Source: Eledone cirrhosa
Lineage: Eukaryota
NCBI GenBank assembly: GCA_964016885.1
Contig: OZ024740.1
Location: 127,224,001 to 127,288,000, forward strand
Reading direction: 5' to 3'
DNA length: 64,000 nucleotides
Notes under the pieces: generated by a model
Told to the model about the DNA's origin: nothing
What the model saw: the letters and a program-made list of their open reading frames with translations, nothing else
Databases searched by the model: none
In this document: piece by piece, positions 51,430-64,000 of the stretch
Position numbering within the stretch: the stretch's first letter is position 1
How the letters are laid out: each line of letters opens with the position of its first letter
Program-made: the position numbers and the translations under genes

Positions 51430-53880
51430 TAAGTCTCAGTCATTGATGTTATTTAACTGGAAAGTTATCAATTCATTCATTTTTTTTTGTTCTAGTTGTC
51501 ATCTGCCTCCAGAACACCTAAATATTTGTATCCCTCTTCAGTGTCAATTTCCTTTATCATATCACGTTTTGGTACCTGGATTCCGTGCCTTCTGCTCAAT
51601 TTAACCCTCTTCATCACTAGGACTCCACACTTATTAACACCAAATTCCATATATATAATCATTGCTGAAAATATGGACAGTGTCAACAAGTACATCCAAC
51701 TCCTTCTCAATCTTTCCAAAGAGTTTAAGTTCGTCAATGCAGAGGAGGTGGTTGGTGGTAAGATCTCTTCCCAATTTGTATCCTGCTCTCACCTTTCGCA
51801 ATATAGCGGATAGGAGTATCAGGGCAAGGACAAACAACAAAGGGGACAAACTATCTCCTTGGAACATACCTGTCTTGATCTTCACGATCCCAAGGATTCT
51901 CCACCTGATGTTAACTCTGTTTCCCAGGACTTCATAATTTTGCTTAATAGCTGTCTGATGTTATCTGCCACCTTGAAAATCTCTATCTTTTGGTTATCCA
52001 AGAATAAGGTATCATGCTGAATGCCTTTTTGTAGTCTATCCATCCCATGGCAAGATCAGTGTGCCTCCTCTTGCAATTGCTCATTACCATCTTATCAATA
52101 AGTAACAGGTCTTTTGTACCACGGGAGTTCTTTCGGCATCCTTTCTGTTCGTCCGGTAACTAGTTGTTTATATGCAGGTGATAGTAGATTTCCTCAGACA
52201 TAATGCTTGTCAACAGTTTCACATTACGGACAGACATGTGATAGGTCTATAGTTGGTAACATCATTACTCTTGATTCGGTCTTTCATTACCAAAACTCTG
52301 CTACTTAACCCGACATCAAGCAGTCATTGAACATGGTTGTCAGTTTTTGGTGGAGGGATGTTATATTTTTAATCCAATATCCTTGCACACCATCTGGGCC
52401 TGGTGATTTCCAGTTGGTTAGTTTTTTGGCCAGCCCTTCAAGAGTTTCAACTGTGAAACTCATATCAGATTGTTGGTGTGCTTGTTCACTAATCTCATTT
52501 TGAACTGTCTCAATCCACACTGCCTGACTATTATGTTCAACATCCTGCTCCCATATTCCTCTCCAGAATGTCTTAGTCTGTTCCGCCCCAGGGATCAAGT
52601 CGTTGCCTCTTTCTTTCCCTTCAAGCTGTTCAAACAACATTTTCTGATTGTTTCCAAACAAGCGGTTCTGTCTATACTGACTAACTCTGTTCTCATACTG
52701 CCTAATCTTTGCACTTTTTGCTACAATGCGTTGCTTCAGTTCCTCTATGATAATATTTAGCTCTTTCCCTCTAGTTTTGTATTTCATTTTCAATCAATCT
52801 TTAGTGTATATGTTATGTAATGTCCCATTCAATAAAGACTCAAGCTTTCCATTGTCTTTTCTCATTTCCTTGATTTGACCATTCAGTCGTTTCTTCCACC
52901 AAGGTTCTGAACCTTCTTGTTTGTTGTTTCCTCTCGTGTTTATACCAAGTAATTTCCTCGCAACATTTGCGGTTGCTTTGAAGATATTGTTGCATTGGTG
53001 AAGGTTCCTCGCCTCAAGGTATGGGATGACTTTGTTTACTTTAGCTGTTGTTTCTTTTAACTTTTTCCTGTCTACAAATCTTAGGTTCATAGGTTTTCCA
53101 CTATCACTGTTCATTTCATCTACCACTAAGTTCTGGGTATCAAGCAAATCTTTCCCTAGCCCCTCAACATTCATTTCCTCAATGGCCGTATCTTTGTTCC
53201 AAATGTTATTTATTTCAGCGTTCAGATCATTGTCTGCTTTGGATGCTTCCTCAGGTCTCACAATTTCTTCACCTTCATTTCCCACTGGCCTTTTGCCTGA
53301 TATACACCACTCTCCATTTCAAAGTTAATTTCTCTGCTCAGTTCCTCCAGTTCCAACTCACTTATCCGTCCATTAGTTCTTATTACACAAGCCTGTCCGG
53401 CCAATTTTTGTTCACCTAATTTAAATAGACCAATCTCGTTACAGATGTTATGCATCCATTTCCTATAGCCCTTTTCCATGGGATTATTCTTCAGGTAACA
53501 TTTCATGACAGTTCTATTCAATTGTTTCGTCCAGTAGGTTCTTGTCACATTCCTTCTTCTTACTCCAACACCAGCAGTATCTGAATGACAGCTAGGTCCC
53601 TGCTGCTCGGTCAGGGAGCACTTGCTGGGTGAGAGTGTTTCACATGACGTTCCAGTCTCCTTTTCACCGTTATTCGACCTATTTAGGTTCGACAGTTAAA
53701 CACTCATATCGAGGATTGGTGAATTTATGGTTATATAACCACCGGTGTTTTTTAGCGTGGCACCATCACGTTGTAGACGAAAATAAATAAATAAATAAAT
53801 AAATAAAAATATAAAAAAATAAAAATAAGTTGCATTGTAAAGTTTGAATGTCTGACTTCGTTTTTTTTTCTCTTTTTGTT
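51430..53880 (-). mobile_element. R4/Dong-like family B, decayed copy B3 with ~1.2 kb internal deletion (thumb, CCHC and RLE lost)
   Basis: 3' UTR (..CTGGAAAGTT) is joined directly to the KELI region at ~51466. N-terminal and RT fragments retained. Confidence 0.9.
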
Positions 53881-54082
53881 TTTCAAGGCCAGTAACATCG
53901 GTTATTAGTGTTGTTGTTGCTGCTGCTCTTTTTGATTTAACCTACGCTAAGCTTGTAGTCATAGCAACGAGGGAGGCAGGGGGTATTGCGTTCAAACCTT
54001 TTGAAATTTGTTTTTCTTTTGATGTTGCGTTTGTTTTTGTCTGTGTTCTGTTCTGTAATTTTTCGACTTGTTACTTATCATT

Positions 54083-54552
54083 CAGTATCGGTAGAGTGTC
54101 GGACGCCATGCTTTCCAGCATAGTTACGTCCCTTTACGATCTTAGTTCAAATCCCGCCAAGGTTGACTTTGCTTTACATCCTTACGGGTTCGATAAAATA
54201 AAGTACCAGTAATTTACTGATTAATTGCTGGCCTTGTGCCTAAAGTAGAAACAATTATTATTTTAGTATTAAAGTACCAGTAATGTACTGGGTCATTGGT
54301 AGCCTTGTGCCAAACAGTAGAAACAATTATTATTTTAGTATCGGTAGAGGGTCAGACTTGTTACTTATCATTCAGTATCGGTAGAGGGTCGGACGCCATG
54401 CTTTGCAGCACAGTTACGCCCCTTTACGAACTGAGTTCAAATCCTGCCGAGGTTAACTTTGCCTTTCATCCTTACAGGTTCGATAAAATAAAGTACCAGT
54501 AATGTACTGGGATAATTGCTGGCCTTGTGCCAAAAGTAGAAACAATTATTAT
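54083..54552 (+). mobile_element. SINE cluster (two near-full copies and fragments)
   Basis: CAGTATCGGTAGAG head, B-box, core, tail. GACTTGTTACTTATCATTCAGTATCGG is duplicated at ~54065 and ~54355. Confidence 0.85.
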
Positions 54553-55152
54553 TTGACATCGTTTAAACTAAATATTTTGAGAGTTTAGAGATACAACGAC
54601 AAAAATAATTATAATTATGGTGTTGTTGTTGGCTATGTTGGGGGTGCCACTGATGTTCATGTTGGGATGTTCGAACGTTTCTTTTGACCGGGTCACTAAA
54701 TAAGTCTATATCAATCTTTTGGTAGCTGTTTCCTTTCTGGTCATGTGTAGTGGAAATACTACCCTCCCTCTCTTAACAGATGATAGCGAGGGAATAGTGG
54801 TGGTAGCAATGATGGAGTGTTGACGGTGGTGATGGGGCAGCGGTACTATAGTGATGGTGTTTTTGCCGCTGTTGTTTTGTCTCTAGCTAAATGTTGTGGT
54901 AGTGGTGGTGATGGAGCCGGTGGTGGGTTTGCCGGTGGTGAAACCACCCGGCTGTTGTTTTCTTCCATTTGTGACTATCCCCCCCCCCTGTTAAATACAA
55001 CATTTCTGACACAAAATAAAACACCTGAGCCATATGCCAGGGTATTATGGGTTTCACCTCTTGAGAGTCAAGACAGGTGCCCCATGTGCCATTTGTAATA
55101 AGAATCATTCTATCACAATTGTCCCACATATGCAAAACTCGAAAACCCACGG

Positions 55153-55153
<1 letters not shown>
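54553..55153 (-). repeat. Leader module copy
   Basis: Same motifs as 2356-3125 and 35840-36770. Ends at (TTA)n. Confidence 0.6.
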
Positions 55154-55197
<44 letters not shown>

Positions 55198-58100
55198 TGC
55201 ATTTATCTTGCTTTATGTTCATACGAGTTATCACCAAGTCACAACCAGTGACCTCAAGAGACAACAAGGTCCGCCATGTTCAAGAAAGAACATACATATT
55301 CACACATGCATCCTTAGTGTTTAGACTTGTGATGTACTTATATTGACAGGATCTTCCTTAGTATATGGGCAGTTCCCATTAGTACTATCTTTTGTATTTC
55401 TCCTATACGCGGGTTTCCTGGGATTTGCGATAAGTAGTCGTTAGACCCCTTAGGTATCATTCCCAGAGCGCCTACAACCACTGGTATTGTTTTAGTTCTC
55501 AATTTCCACATTTTTCCAATTTCTATCTCCAGGTCCTTATACTTGCTCAATTTTTCAAATGTTTTTATAGATACATTCTTGTCTATTGGAACAGACATAT
55601 CAATTAGCAGGCATACCCTCCTTTGAAAGTCCTTCAATATTATATCAGGTCTATTTTTCGGTCTGTTTGGATGCTAAAGTTCCACAAGATTGGGATGTGA
55701 TCTTTTTCAAGTATGGGAGGTGGTTGATGCTCCCACCAATACTTTTGATGGGGCAGGTCAAAATGCTTACCCATTATCCAATGTATGTATTGTGCAGCTC
55801 TGTCATGCCTGTTTAGGTATTCGGTTGGAGCTATAGGACTGCACATTGAAATTATATGGTCAATGGTCTCTGGTTGTTTTTTGCAGACACGGTATAATGG
55901 GCTGCACCCATTTTTTATTATGTTGGCTTGGTAATTTTTTGTTGGCAGACACTGATCTTGTGCCGATATAATCAGTCCTTCAGTCTCCGATTTCAGTCCA
56001 GAGGATGCCAACCACTGATGGGTTAAAGTTTTGTCAACATCAGGATTGTTAGCTCGCTCTGGGTATTTTCCATACAGAGGCTTTTCTTGCCATTTCCTAG
56101 CCAGTTTCTGTAGCAGTTCTTTCTTTGCAGTTACTTTTACCTGCTTTGCTTTTTCTGTGTTTTCCATTTCAGCAGTAAATGGGACTTCTGAAATTTGTAG
56201 TCCATTACTGTATCTTTGTGCATCTTTTGTAATGGAATATGATCTTTTGGTGCTTTCGTGTTTCAAAACGAGTTTGATCATCCAATCATGTGATTCCCTT
56301 AGTTATGTGGATAATCCAATTGTTGCAGTTTTCAACGCAATGTCTAACTAGATTAAGCCACGTCCTCCTTCGTTCCTAGGGATATATATTCTATCTATGT
56401 CTGCCTTAGGGTGATGCATTCTGTGCATGGTTAAGAATTTTCGGATTTTTGCATCGAGCCTACGGATCTCTGTGCTTGACCAGTTGATGACATTGTAACT
56501 GTAGGTTACTACTGGTATGGCAAGCGTGTTTATGGCATCGATCCTATTCCTTGCATTCAATTCCGTTCTTAAGATTGCTCTGACTCTGCGGTAACATTCC
56601 TTCCTTATCCTTTCCCTCATTGTCGAGTGCTTGATTCCGTCTCCTTCACAAACACCTAGATATTTGTAAGTTTGTTCTTGATCAAGCTCTCTTATCACGT
56701 TCCCCCGATCAAGATTAATGTCTGAACTCTTCAGCAGCTTTCCTCTGGTGAACGTTGCTTTGGCGCATTTATCCAGTCCAAACTCCATTTTAATGTCATC
56801 ACTGAACTGCTTCACAATGGATAATAGCCCTTGCAATTGTTCATCATTTTTTGCAAATAGTTTCAGGTCATCCATGTAGAACAGGTGATTAATGGTTTTG
56901 TCATAGACTCTATATCCATGTTTTGTTTCATTGAGCATTTTACTTAATGGTATAAGTGCGATGCCGAATAAAAGCGGTGATAAAGAGTCACCCTGAAAAA
57001 TTCCACAATTAATATTAACTTCTCCAGCTTCCCGTGATTTTGTTTCACTATTCAAAAGGAGTGTCGTTCTGCATGTCTTCATACTGAATGACAAAAACCT
57101 CCTGACAACGGGGGATATTTTGAAAATCTCTAAACATTTTTCAATCCAACTGTGTGGCAAACTATCGAATGCTTTTTTATAATCTATCCAAGCAATCGAT
57201 AGATTTTTGTGTCTATTATGACAATCTTCCAGTATCATTTTGTTAACCAGAAGCTGATCCTTACAGCCATATGAGCCTCGTTTACACCCTTTCTGCTCAA
57301 TGGGAAATAGGTCATTTGTTATCAGGTGGTCATATGTGTATTCAGTTAGGACTGATGTTAAAATTTTATACATTGTGGTCAAGCAGGTTATCGGTCTATA
57401 ATTTTTGGGATTGTTTGTCTCATCATTCTTCGGTAGCAGGAATGTAATGCCGTTAACTAGCCATGATGGTATCTTTTCTGGCTCCTTAACTATTTCATTG
57501 TAAAGTTGGGCTAACAGCTCATGAGACTCTGTGGAGGCATTTATGCAAAAGTTTTGTATTTTGTCTTTTCCTGGGGATTTCCATTTGCTGGTTTTTCTTA
57601 GAGCCAAGTGCAACTGTTCAACTGTTATATTTTCCCATGTTTGTTCTTCAAGGTGAGCTGTTTCTTTCATTTGTCTGTCTGTCCATGGAGCATGTATGTT
57701 ATGAACTTTTTCTTCGGCCCAGATCTTTTCCCAGAATTCTTGCACTTCCTCCTTGGGTGGTATTGATTTAGCAGTTATTGTTGACTTACCAATTTTACTG
57801 TAGAAGTTTCTTTGGTTGTTTTTGAACATATTATTGTCCTTATAGAATCTAGATCGTTTTTCAAAGCGCCTTATACGAGCAGCTTTGGCCGACACTTTTT
57901 GCTTGATTGTTTCTATCAGCATGTCTATGTCACATGTTGATCTTATACTGTACTTTTTTTTCAATTTTCTAAGTTTAGTTTGTTTAACATGTTCACCTAC
58001 TTTATAGTTTGTTAAAATTTCTATGTCAGATCGGAGAAGGTTTATTTGGCGATTGATGTTATCTTGCCAAGTAGATTTCTTGTGGGAATTCCTTTGTTTT

Positions 58101-60092
58101 TTCATCTTCACTCCACATAAGTGAGTGGTGACTTTAGCCGATGCATAATAGAGATGATTTAAGTCAGTAATGTTTAGCTTGTTTGTGATGATAATGTTTT
58201 TGAGAATTATGTTAGTCTTGTGTATTATCTTTTGGTTCTGTTTGGAGTACTGGATCTTAGGGAGGGTGTCTCGTTGCCCCATGTCAGATTCTTTCATTTT
58301 CATCCATTCGATCATAATTTCATCCTTCAAGTTGGCAAGTTCATTCTCATTCATTTCTTTATCATTTACGATCTCATTATTTTCATTTGGAGTTTCATCC
58401 TGAGCAAGCACTCCCTCCACTTTTTCGATCCTTTCTTTAATTTGTTCTGTTGCCAGTGATTCCGCCCCAACCCTGGGATTCGAAGTGTTACAGTTTACCT
58501 CGTTTTCACTGACACATGCTTCATTTCCCCTTCGATGACTTTGTGCTACTAGCTTGATCTGATCAATTTCTATATCAGTTAGTAACTTTTTTCTTACAAT
58601 ATTTCTTCGTATATTGGCTAGTTTGTTACTGTCAATATAGCCTCTGTTTTCGGGATGTTTCTTTTTCCAGTTGATATATGTTTGTTCTGTATTCGATGTA
58701 TTTGATGGGTAGTACATGGCAGTGTAGAAAGCCTCAAGGACTTCTTTATTATCTTCCCTTGACCATTTTTCTCTCTTTTTCTTTGGATTTCTTGGTGGTG
58801 AGCATGGAGGGCCAACAGTAGGAGTATTCCGGTTATGGGAGGTCTCCAGCTCCGAAGTGATGGGAAGGTTTGAACCATTAGCTGATTTTTCGACCCCAGT
58901 CTGGTTCCTCTCTGAGGGACGCGGCCCTTTTTTACCAGGGTGACGGCCGATCCGGTATGAGATTTTATCATTAGACATTTACTTTATTTTGTCGCGTTTT
59001 ATCCTTATCCGCCAAGGGGTAATCATTTCGTGTTACCACTTCTAGAACGAGTGTCAACCAAGACTAGAGGGGTCGTTCTCCCCTAGAGACATGGCTATTC
59101 CCCGCCGGCCGCCATCCCGGTATTTCTTGGTCACTGGGTTTTCTTTTTGTTGTTTTTTTTTAAATTGTTATTATCATGAATGGTTCCTTAATGTGAGCAT
59201 TGCGTGGCTTAAGAATGAAATTATTAATAATTGTCTCCACTCCAGGCACAAGGCCAGCAATCACCCAGTGCATTACAATAATATAATATACTTTTTGTTG
59301 TAGTTGGCTGTTATTGTTGTTGGCTATGTCGGTGGTGGTGCCGGGGCTTTTTATATTGTTGGTGAGGAAGGGGTGAGCCAGCAGTCCCATAATTGTTGAT
59401 ATAGACGTTTGGCCGGTGGCAAGGTCACCAAGTCAATCTATTTATATATTTTGCTAGCCTCTCTCTTGTCTAGTGATACCGCCACCTTCCCTTTTCTGTC
59501 TCAAGTTAACAGGGGAATAGTGTCGGTAGCATTGAATGAGTGGTGGCGGCGATGATGGATGCGGTGGGGTGGTCGCAGCGGTGGTGTTGTGGTTACTGAT
59601 ATAGTATCTATGAGTTTGTGTTCGTATGTTTAATATATATTTTTATTATATGTTGTGTTGACATATTCCCGTAAAATTTGAATTAAACATTTTTTAAAAT
59701 TTGAGACAATAATAATAGTAATTATTATTATGATGCTGGTGAAATTGCCGTTATCTGGTTGTTATATTTAGTGTGATGGGATAGGTAGTGTATTAAGTTT
59801 CTGGTGTTGGTGAAATTGAAATTGCTGCTATTTGGCTGTTCTATATAGTGTAGACAGAGGGTGTTTTGTTCCATTTATAACCATTTTCTTTTTTTGAATA
59901 CAAAATATATAATACAAAATTGAATATTTGAGCGATACAACAATATAATATGGATCCGAAACTTTATGGGACCTCATTCGGTGCATTTATGCAACATTTG
60001 TGCTAAGAATTGTTCTTTCACAATTGATTTAAATATGTTAAAAATCAAAAACTTACGGGAGCAATTTCGTGACGTTCTACCACCTCGTGCGT
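55198..60092 (-). mobile_element. R4/Dong-like family A, full-length copy A3 (ORF 55338-58978; stop at 56348, 10-bp deletion near 55650)
   Basis: 876-aa open stretch with RT. Colinear with A2 including the leader. Confidence 0.93.
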
Positions 60093-60246
60093 CTTCTTCC
60101 CTTCTTCTTCTTCTTCTTCTTCTTCTTCTTCTTCTTCTTCTTCTTCTTCTTCTTCTTCTTCTTCTTCTTCTTCTTCTTCTTCTTCTTCTTCTTCTTCTTC
60201 TTCTTCTTCTATTCTTCTTCTTCTTCTTCTTCTTCTTCTTCTTCTT

Positions 60247-60339
<93 letters not shown>

Positions 60340-60352
60340 TATTATTATTATT
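60093..60352. repeat. Long (TTC)n(TTA)n junction microsatellite
   Basis: Direct reading. Confidence 0.97.
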
Positions 60353-63300
60353 CTGACTACATGTGTGAAGACGTTACAAGTCTGCGGGGGGGAAAGGTTC
60401 GTAATGTTAAGCTGTTTCAATGTATCATTTTTTGTATTTTCCTGTCAATAACGAAGAATAAGTTACCCACCATGGAGGTCGAGCCACTCGACCTTCACAA
60501 GACCCTGGGAGGTAAGTAAACCTTCCCTCTCACTTTTTGCTTGCCAATAAGGCAATATTCAGAGTCGGGAGTTTAAATGATCCTGGCCAGGGGTTAGCCT
60601 GGAATCTGGGTCACCTGCTCAATGACCTCAGGTCTCTGGAAATGGATGTGATTGCTGTCAGCGAAACTCGGATTTCCGACACGCACGCACTAGCCCCCAT
60701 TTTCGACGACTATCAGATCTTCGCATATATTAGCAGGCCGAGAATGGTAGGTGGAGTAGCAGTAGTGATTAGGAAAGGCCTGGATCTCAGAGTAAGGTCG
60801 ATCTTCCGCGACACGGAGGGTAGGTGATGGTCCTGGATGTGAGCAAAGCGAAGGTGGTGCGTTTAGACTGCTGGTCGTCTACGCCCCTAAAGGGGCCGGA
60901 CGACCGGACTACTTTAGTAGCCTGGAAAACTTTCTGAGTACATCTCGCCCTTTACTGTTAGCGGGGACTGGAACAGCATCATTGATTCACGCTGGGATTG
61001 TGTGGGAGTAGCTGATAGATGCGGGTGGTGCAAAAGCCTCAAGCACCTAATCAGCCAGTTCCAACTGTCTGACAGGTACCGACTAGATTTCGCCAATGCG
61101 CCAGTGTGGACGTGGACCAATCGCATAGGGTCATCTAGATCGTATATAGACAGGATCTTCATTAGGAAAATAGATAGAAATAGTGTAATCTGCCCACTTT
61201 TTAAACGGTGGCCTATTAAGTTAAGCAAAAGTTGACAGGGGGGATCGTCAACAACAGATGGTATCGGGATCTCAAAAGAGAGATTAGAGTAACTTCGATA
61301 GGGTTCAGCAAAGAACTAGCGTTAGAGAAGAAAAAAGGAGGTGGAGCTGGTAGACAAGTTAGACGAGGCTATTTGTAGTGGCATTGAAATGGACGTGCTA
61401 GCGGCGAGGATGGCATTAGACTATTTCTTCAATGCGAAACACGAATGTCGCATTGTCAGAGCTAAGGCACGTGCGCTGAAAAACGAGGGAACCAATTCTG
61501 TTCGATGGGCCCACGTGGCGGAGGAACAGCGTGGTAATAAAACCACCATTCGGTCTTTGGCGGACGGAGACGGACACGAGATAAGCGATTCCAAGAGATG
61601 TGTGAGGCCTTTCGCCAGCACTTTGCTCGGTTGTTCGGGGAGAGTGGTGGGTCAGAGACAGTAGCATATTTCAGTCCCTACCTTGACGGCTTGGGGCGCA
61701 TATTCGACAGTCGACGCTGAGCGCTGCGAAAGGCCGATTACTTCAGCCGAATTTCAGGAAGCCCTTTTCGGTTGCATGAAGCGGAAGTCACCTGGTTTGG
61801 ATGGCCTGCCCTACGAGCTTTACGTAAATATGCCAACATTTTTCTCCAATCTCTTCGAAGCGCTCTACTGCAACTGCCAGAAGAATGGGAGTACTCCCAG
61901 TTCTGGGAGCAGGAGAGTGGTGACGCTGATGAGGAAAGACGAGAACAAGAGGGATACATTAGAAAACTTCAGACCCATAACTCTGCTCAACGCAGAGTTT
62001 AAGATTTTGGCCAAGGAGTTAGCAAAGAGATTGGCGCATGTCGTCGAGGATTTGGTTGGGGAGGTGAAAACTTCCGCAATCCCAGCTAGGTCCATACACG
62101 AGAACTTCCACCTCATGCGATACATCATAGAGAGGGTATCGTGTAAACCAGGCTTCGGTGGGTCAATTTAGATCAATCGAAAGCATTCGATAGGGTCGAC
62201 AATCCATATCTGGAGCTGTCCTCAAAGCAGCTGGCTTCGGCCTTGTCTTCAGAAGCTGAATCGCTGCAATGCACAGCGACACCTGCTCGGTGGTCAAGGT
62301 TAATCGCCACATCTCAAAACCGTTTCGGCTCTCACGATAGGTCTGGCAAGTATGTACGTATTGACTCTCGAGCCTTTACTGTAGAAGCTGGAGCTGCTGC
62401 AGGGCATCCCGCTCGAACCGGGACGTGGAAAGTTTGTGTCGGCTTACGCGGACGACATCACCGTGATGGTGTCGGACACCTCGGAAATCGAGGTGGTCGG
62501 CACCTTATTGAAGGAATATGAAAGGTTTACAGGAGCCAAACTTAACCCGGAAAAGTCGGTGGGCTTGCAACTCGGCACCTGGAGAAGCAAGTCCATGCCC
62601 TCCAACAGCGTCGTGCAGCGCTGGATGGACGCACCGGTAAAGTTGCTCGGGGTTTGGTTCTGACCAGTCCTCCAGGTTGAAAAGAATTGGGACGGGGTAA
62701 CGAGCATGGTAGCCAGTCTCACCCAATAATGGGTTGCGTGCAAGCTATCACTGAAAGGTCGCGCGGAGGTGGCGAATGCGTATATCTCGTCCATCATCTA
62801 CTACCGCCTGACCGTCGTGCCTTGACCCCGTCCGTGCTTCGCGAATTTGGAACTGCTCCTCTTCAAATACTTGTGAAGAGGACAAGTCCCTTTGGCGAGG
62901 CGGTCCATCTGCTGCCAGTACCCTCTACGCGGAGGGCTGGACAAGCCGTAGCGAACGATGCGCAGAAATGCACTGAGGCTACGACATCTCCAGATATCTG
63001 CTTAAACGGTGAACAGGTGTGGTCGCCGTTTATCTGACGGGCCTTTCCGCAGCTAGTTTATTTGACTGAGCTGCTGTCCTGGGTCAAGAAGAGACCAAGA
63101 CTGGATGACTGGCACCTGGAATGTTGCCAGGCACTCACCGTTCTCTACCAAGCGAGCAATGCGATCAGTGGAACTTCCACCCTCGAGTTCTATAGAGGAT
63201 TAGGGGTGGGCAAGTTCAATGACGTACTCTGAGAAGCTTTGGGCCACGACGAATTCGAATTGACCAGTCTGTTCCGTAGGAATTTTATATCTTCATTTTT

Positions 63301-63381
63301 AAAGTGTGCACTTTTACTCGACCTTATTGTAAACCACCACTGTGTCTTTGTACATGTCGGCCCATGTGGCCTATAAAGAAC
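60353..63381 (+). mobile_element. L1/Tx1-like family D, decayed copy D2 with nearly all of ORF1 deleted
   Basis: 5' end matches 25474-25580, then jumps at ~60465 to the last codons of ORF1. APE and RT motifs with many stops. 3' tail CATGTGGCCTATAAAGAACA(TTA)n. Confidence 0.9.
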
Positions 63382-63405
63382 ATTATTATTATTATTATTA
63401 TTATT

Positions 63406-64000
63406 TGCATTTATCTTGCTTTATGTTTATACGAGTTATCACCAAGTCACAACCAGTGACCTCAAGAGACAACAAGGTCCGCCATGTTCAAGAAAGAACA
63501 CACATATTCACACATGCATCCTTAGTGTTTAGACTTGTGATGTACTTATATTGACAGGATCTTCCTTAGTATATGGGCAGTTCCCATTAGTACTATCTTT
63601 TGTATTTCTCCTATACGCGGGTTTCCTGGGATTTGCGATAAGTAGTCGTTAGACCCCTTAGGTATCATTCCCAGAGCGCCTACAACCACTGGTATTGTTT
63701 TAGTTCTCAATTTCCACATTTTTCCAATTTCTATCTCCAGGTCCTTATACTTGCTCAATTTTTCAAATGTTTTTATAGATACATTCTTGTCTATTGGAAC
63801 AGACATATCAATTAGCAGGCATACCCTCCTTTGAAAGTCCTTCAATATTATATCAGGTCTATTTGCATCTATTTTTCGGTCTGTTTGGATGCTAAAGTTC
63901 CACAAGATTGAGATGTGATCTTTTTCAAGTATGGGAGGTGGTTGATGCTCCCACCAATTCTTTTGATGGGGCAGGTCAAAATGCTTACACATTATCCAAT
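63406..64000 (-). mobile_element. R4/Dong-like family A, 3' end (RLE domain and 3' UTR); continues past window end
   Basis: ORF 63546-63992 with NRPDIIL..IDMSVP..EKLSKY. 3' UTR identical to A2. Confidence 0.95.

Noticed and set aside
31889-60092. Segmental duplication as the explanation for repeated A, B, C and D copies
   Set aside because: Similarity stops at element termini and the neighbours differ on both sides, which favours independent insertions.
60455-60470. D2 loss of ORF1 as a spliced retrocopy
   Set aside because: The 3' breakpoint in D1 (~27630) has no pyrimidine tract or fitting AG, so an ordinary deletion is more likely.

Overview
AT-rich eukaryotic DNA with no recognisable host gene. 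The SINE type and microsatellite content suggest an octopus/cephalopod (inference). Almost the whole window is retroelement-derived. 1-17.7 kb holds the 5' part of an R4/Dong-like LINE, tandem tRNA-derived SINEs, a Tx1 3' stub, a decayed RTE-like LINE, a near-complete Penelope-like (Naiad-type, RT + GIY-YIG) element with inverted and direct pseudo-LTRs, and a second Penelope-like remnant with a hammerhead ribozyme. 17.8-64 kb is a ~46 kb chain of 12 LINE copies from four families, mostly separated by (TTA)n tracts. Two R4/Dong-like RT-RLE families (A, B) are always on the minus strand; two L1/Tx1-like ORF1 + APE-RT families (C, D) are always on the plus strand. Main hunt results: (1) a consensus splice donor at the end of Tx1 ORF1, with a 52-nt putative intron that would fuse ORF1 in frame to ORF2, plus a distal acceptor in the 3' UTR; (2) a covarying RNA pseudoknot in the family A 5' UTR; (3) a leader module shared by both Dong-like families; (4) SINE/Tx1 3'-tail similarity. 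Element boundaries are read by eye and approximate.
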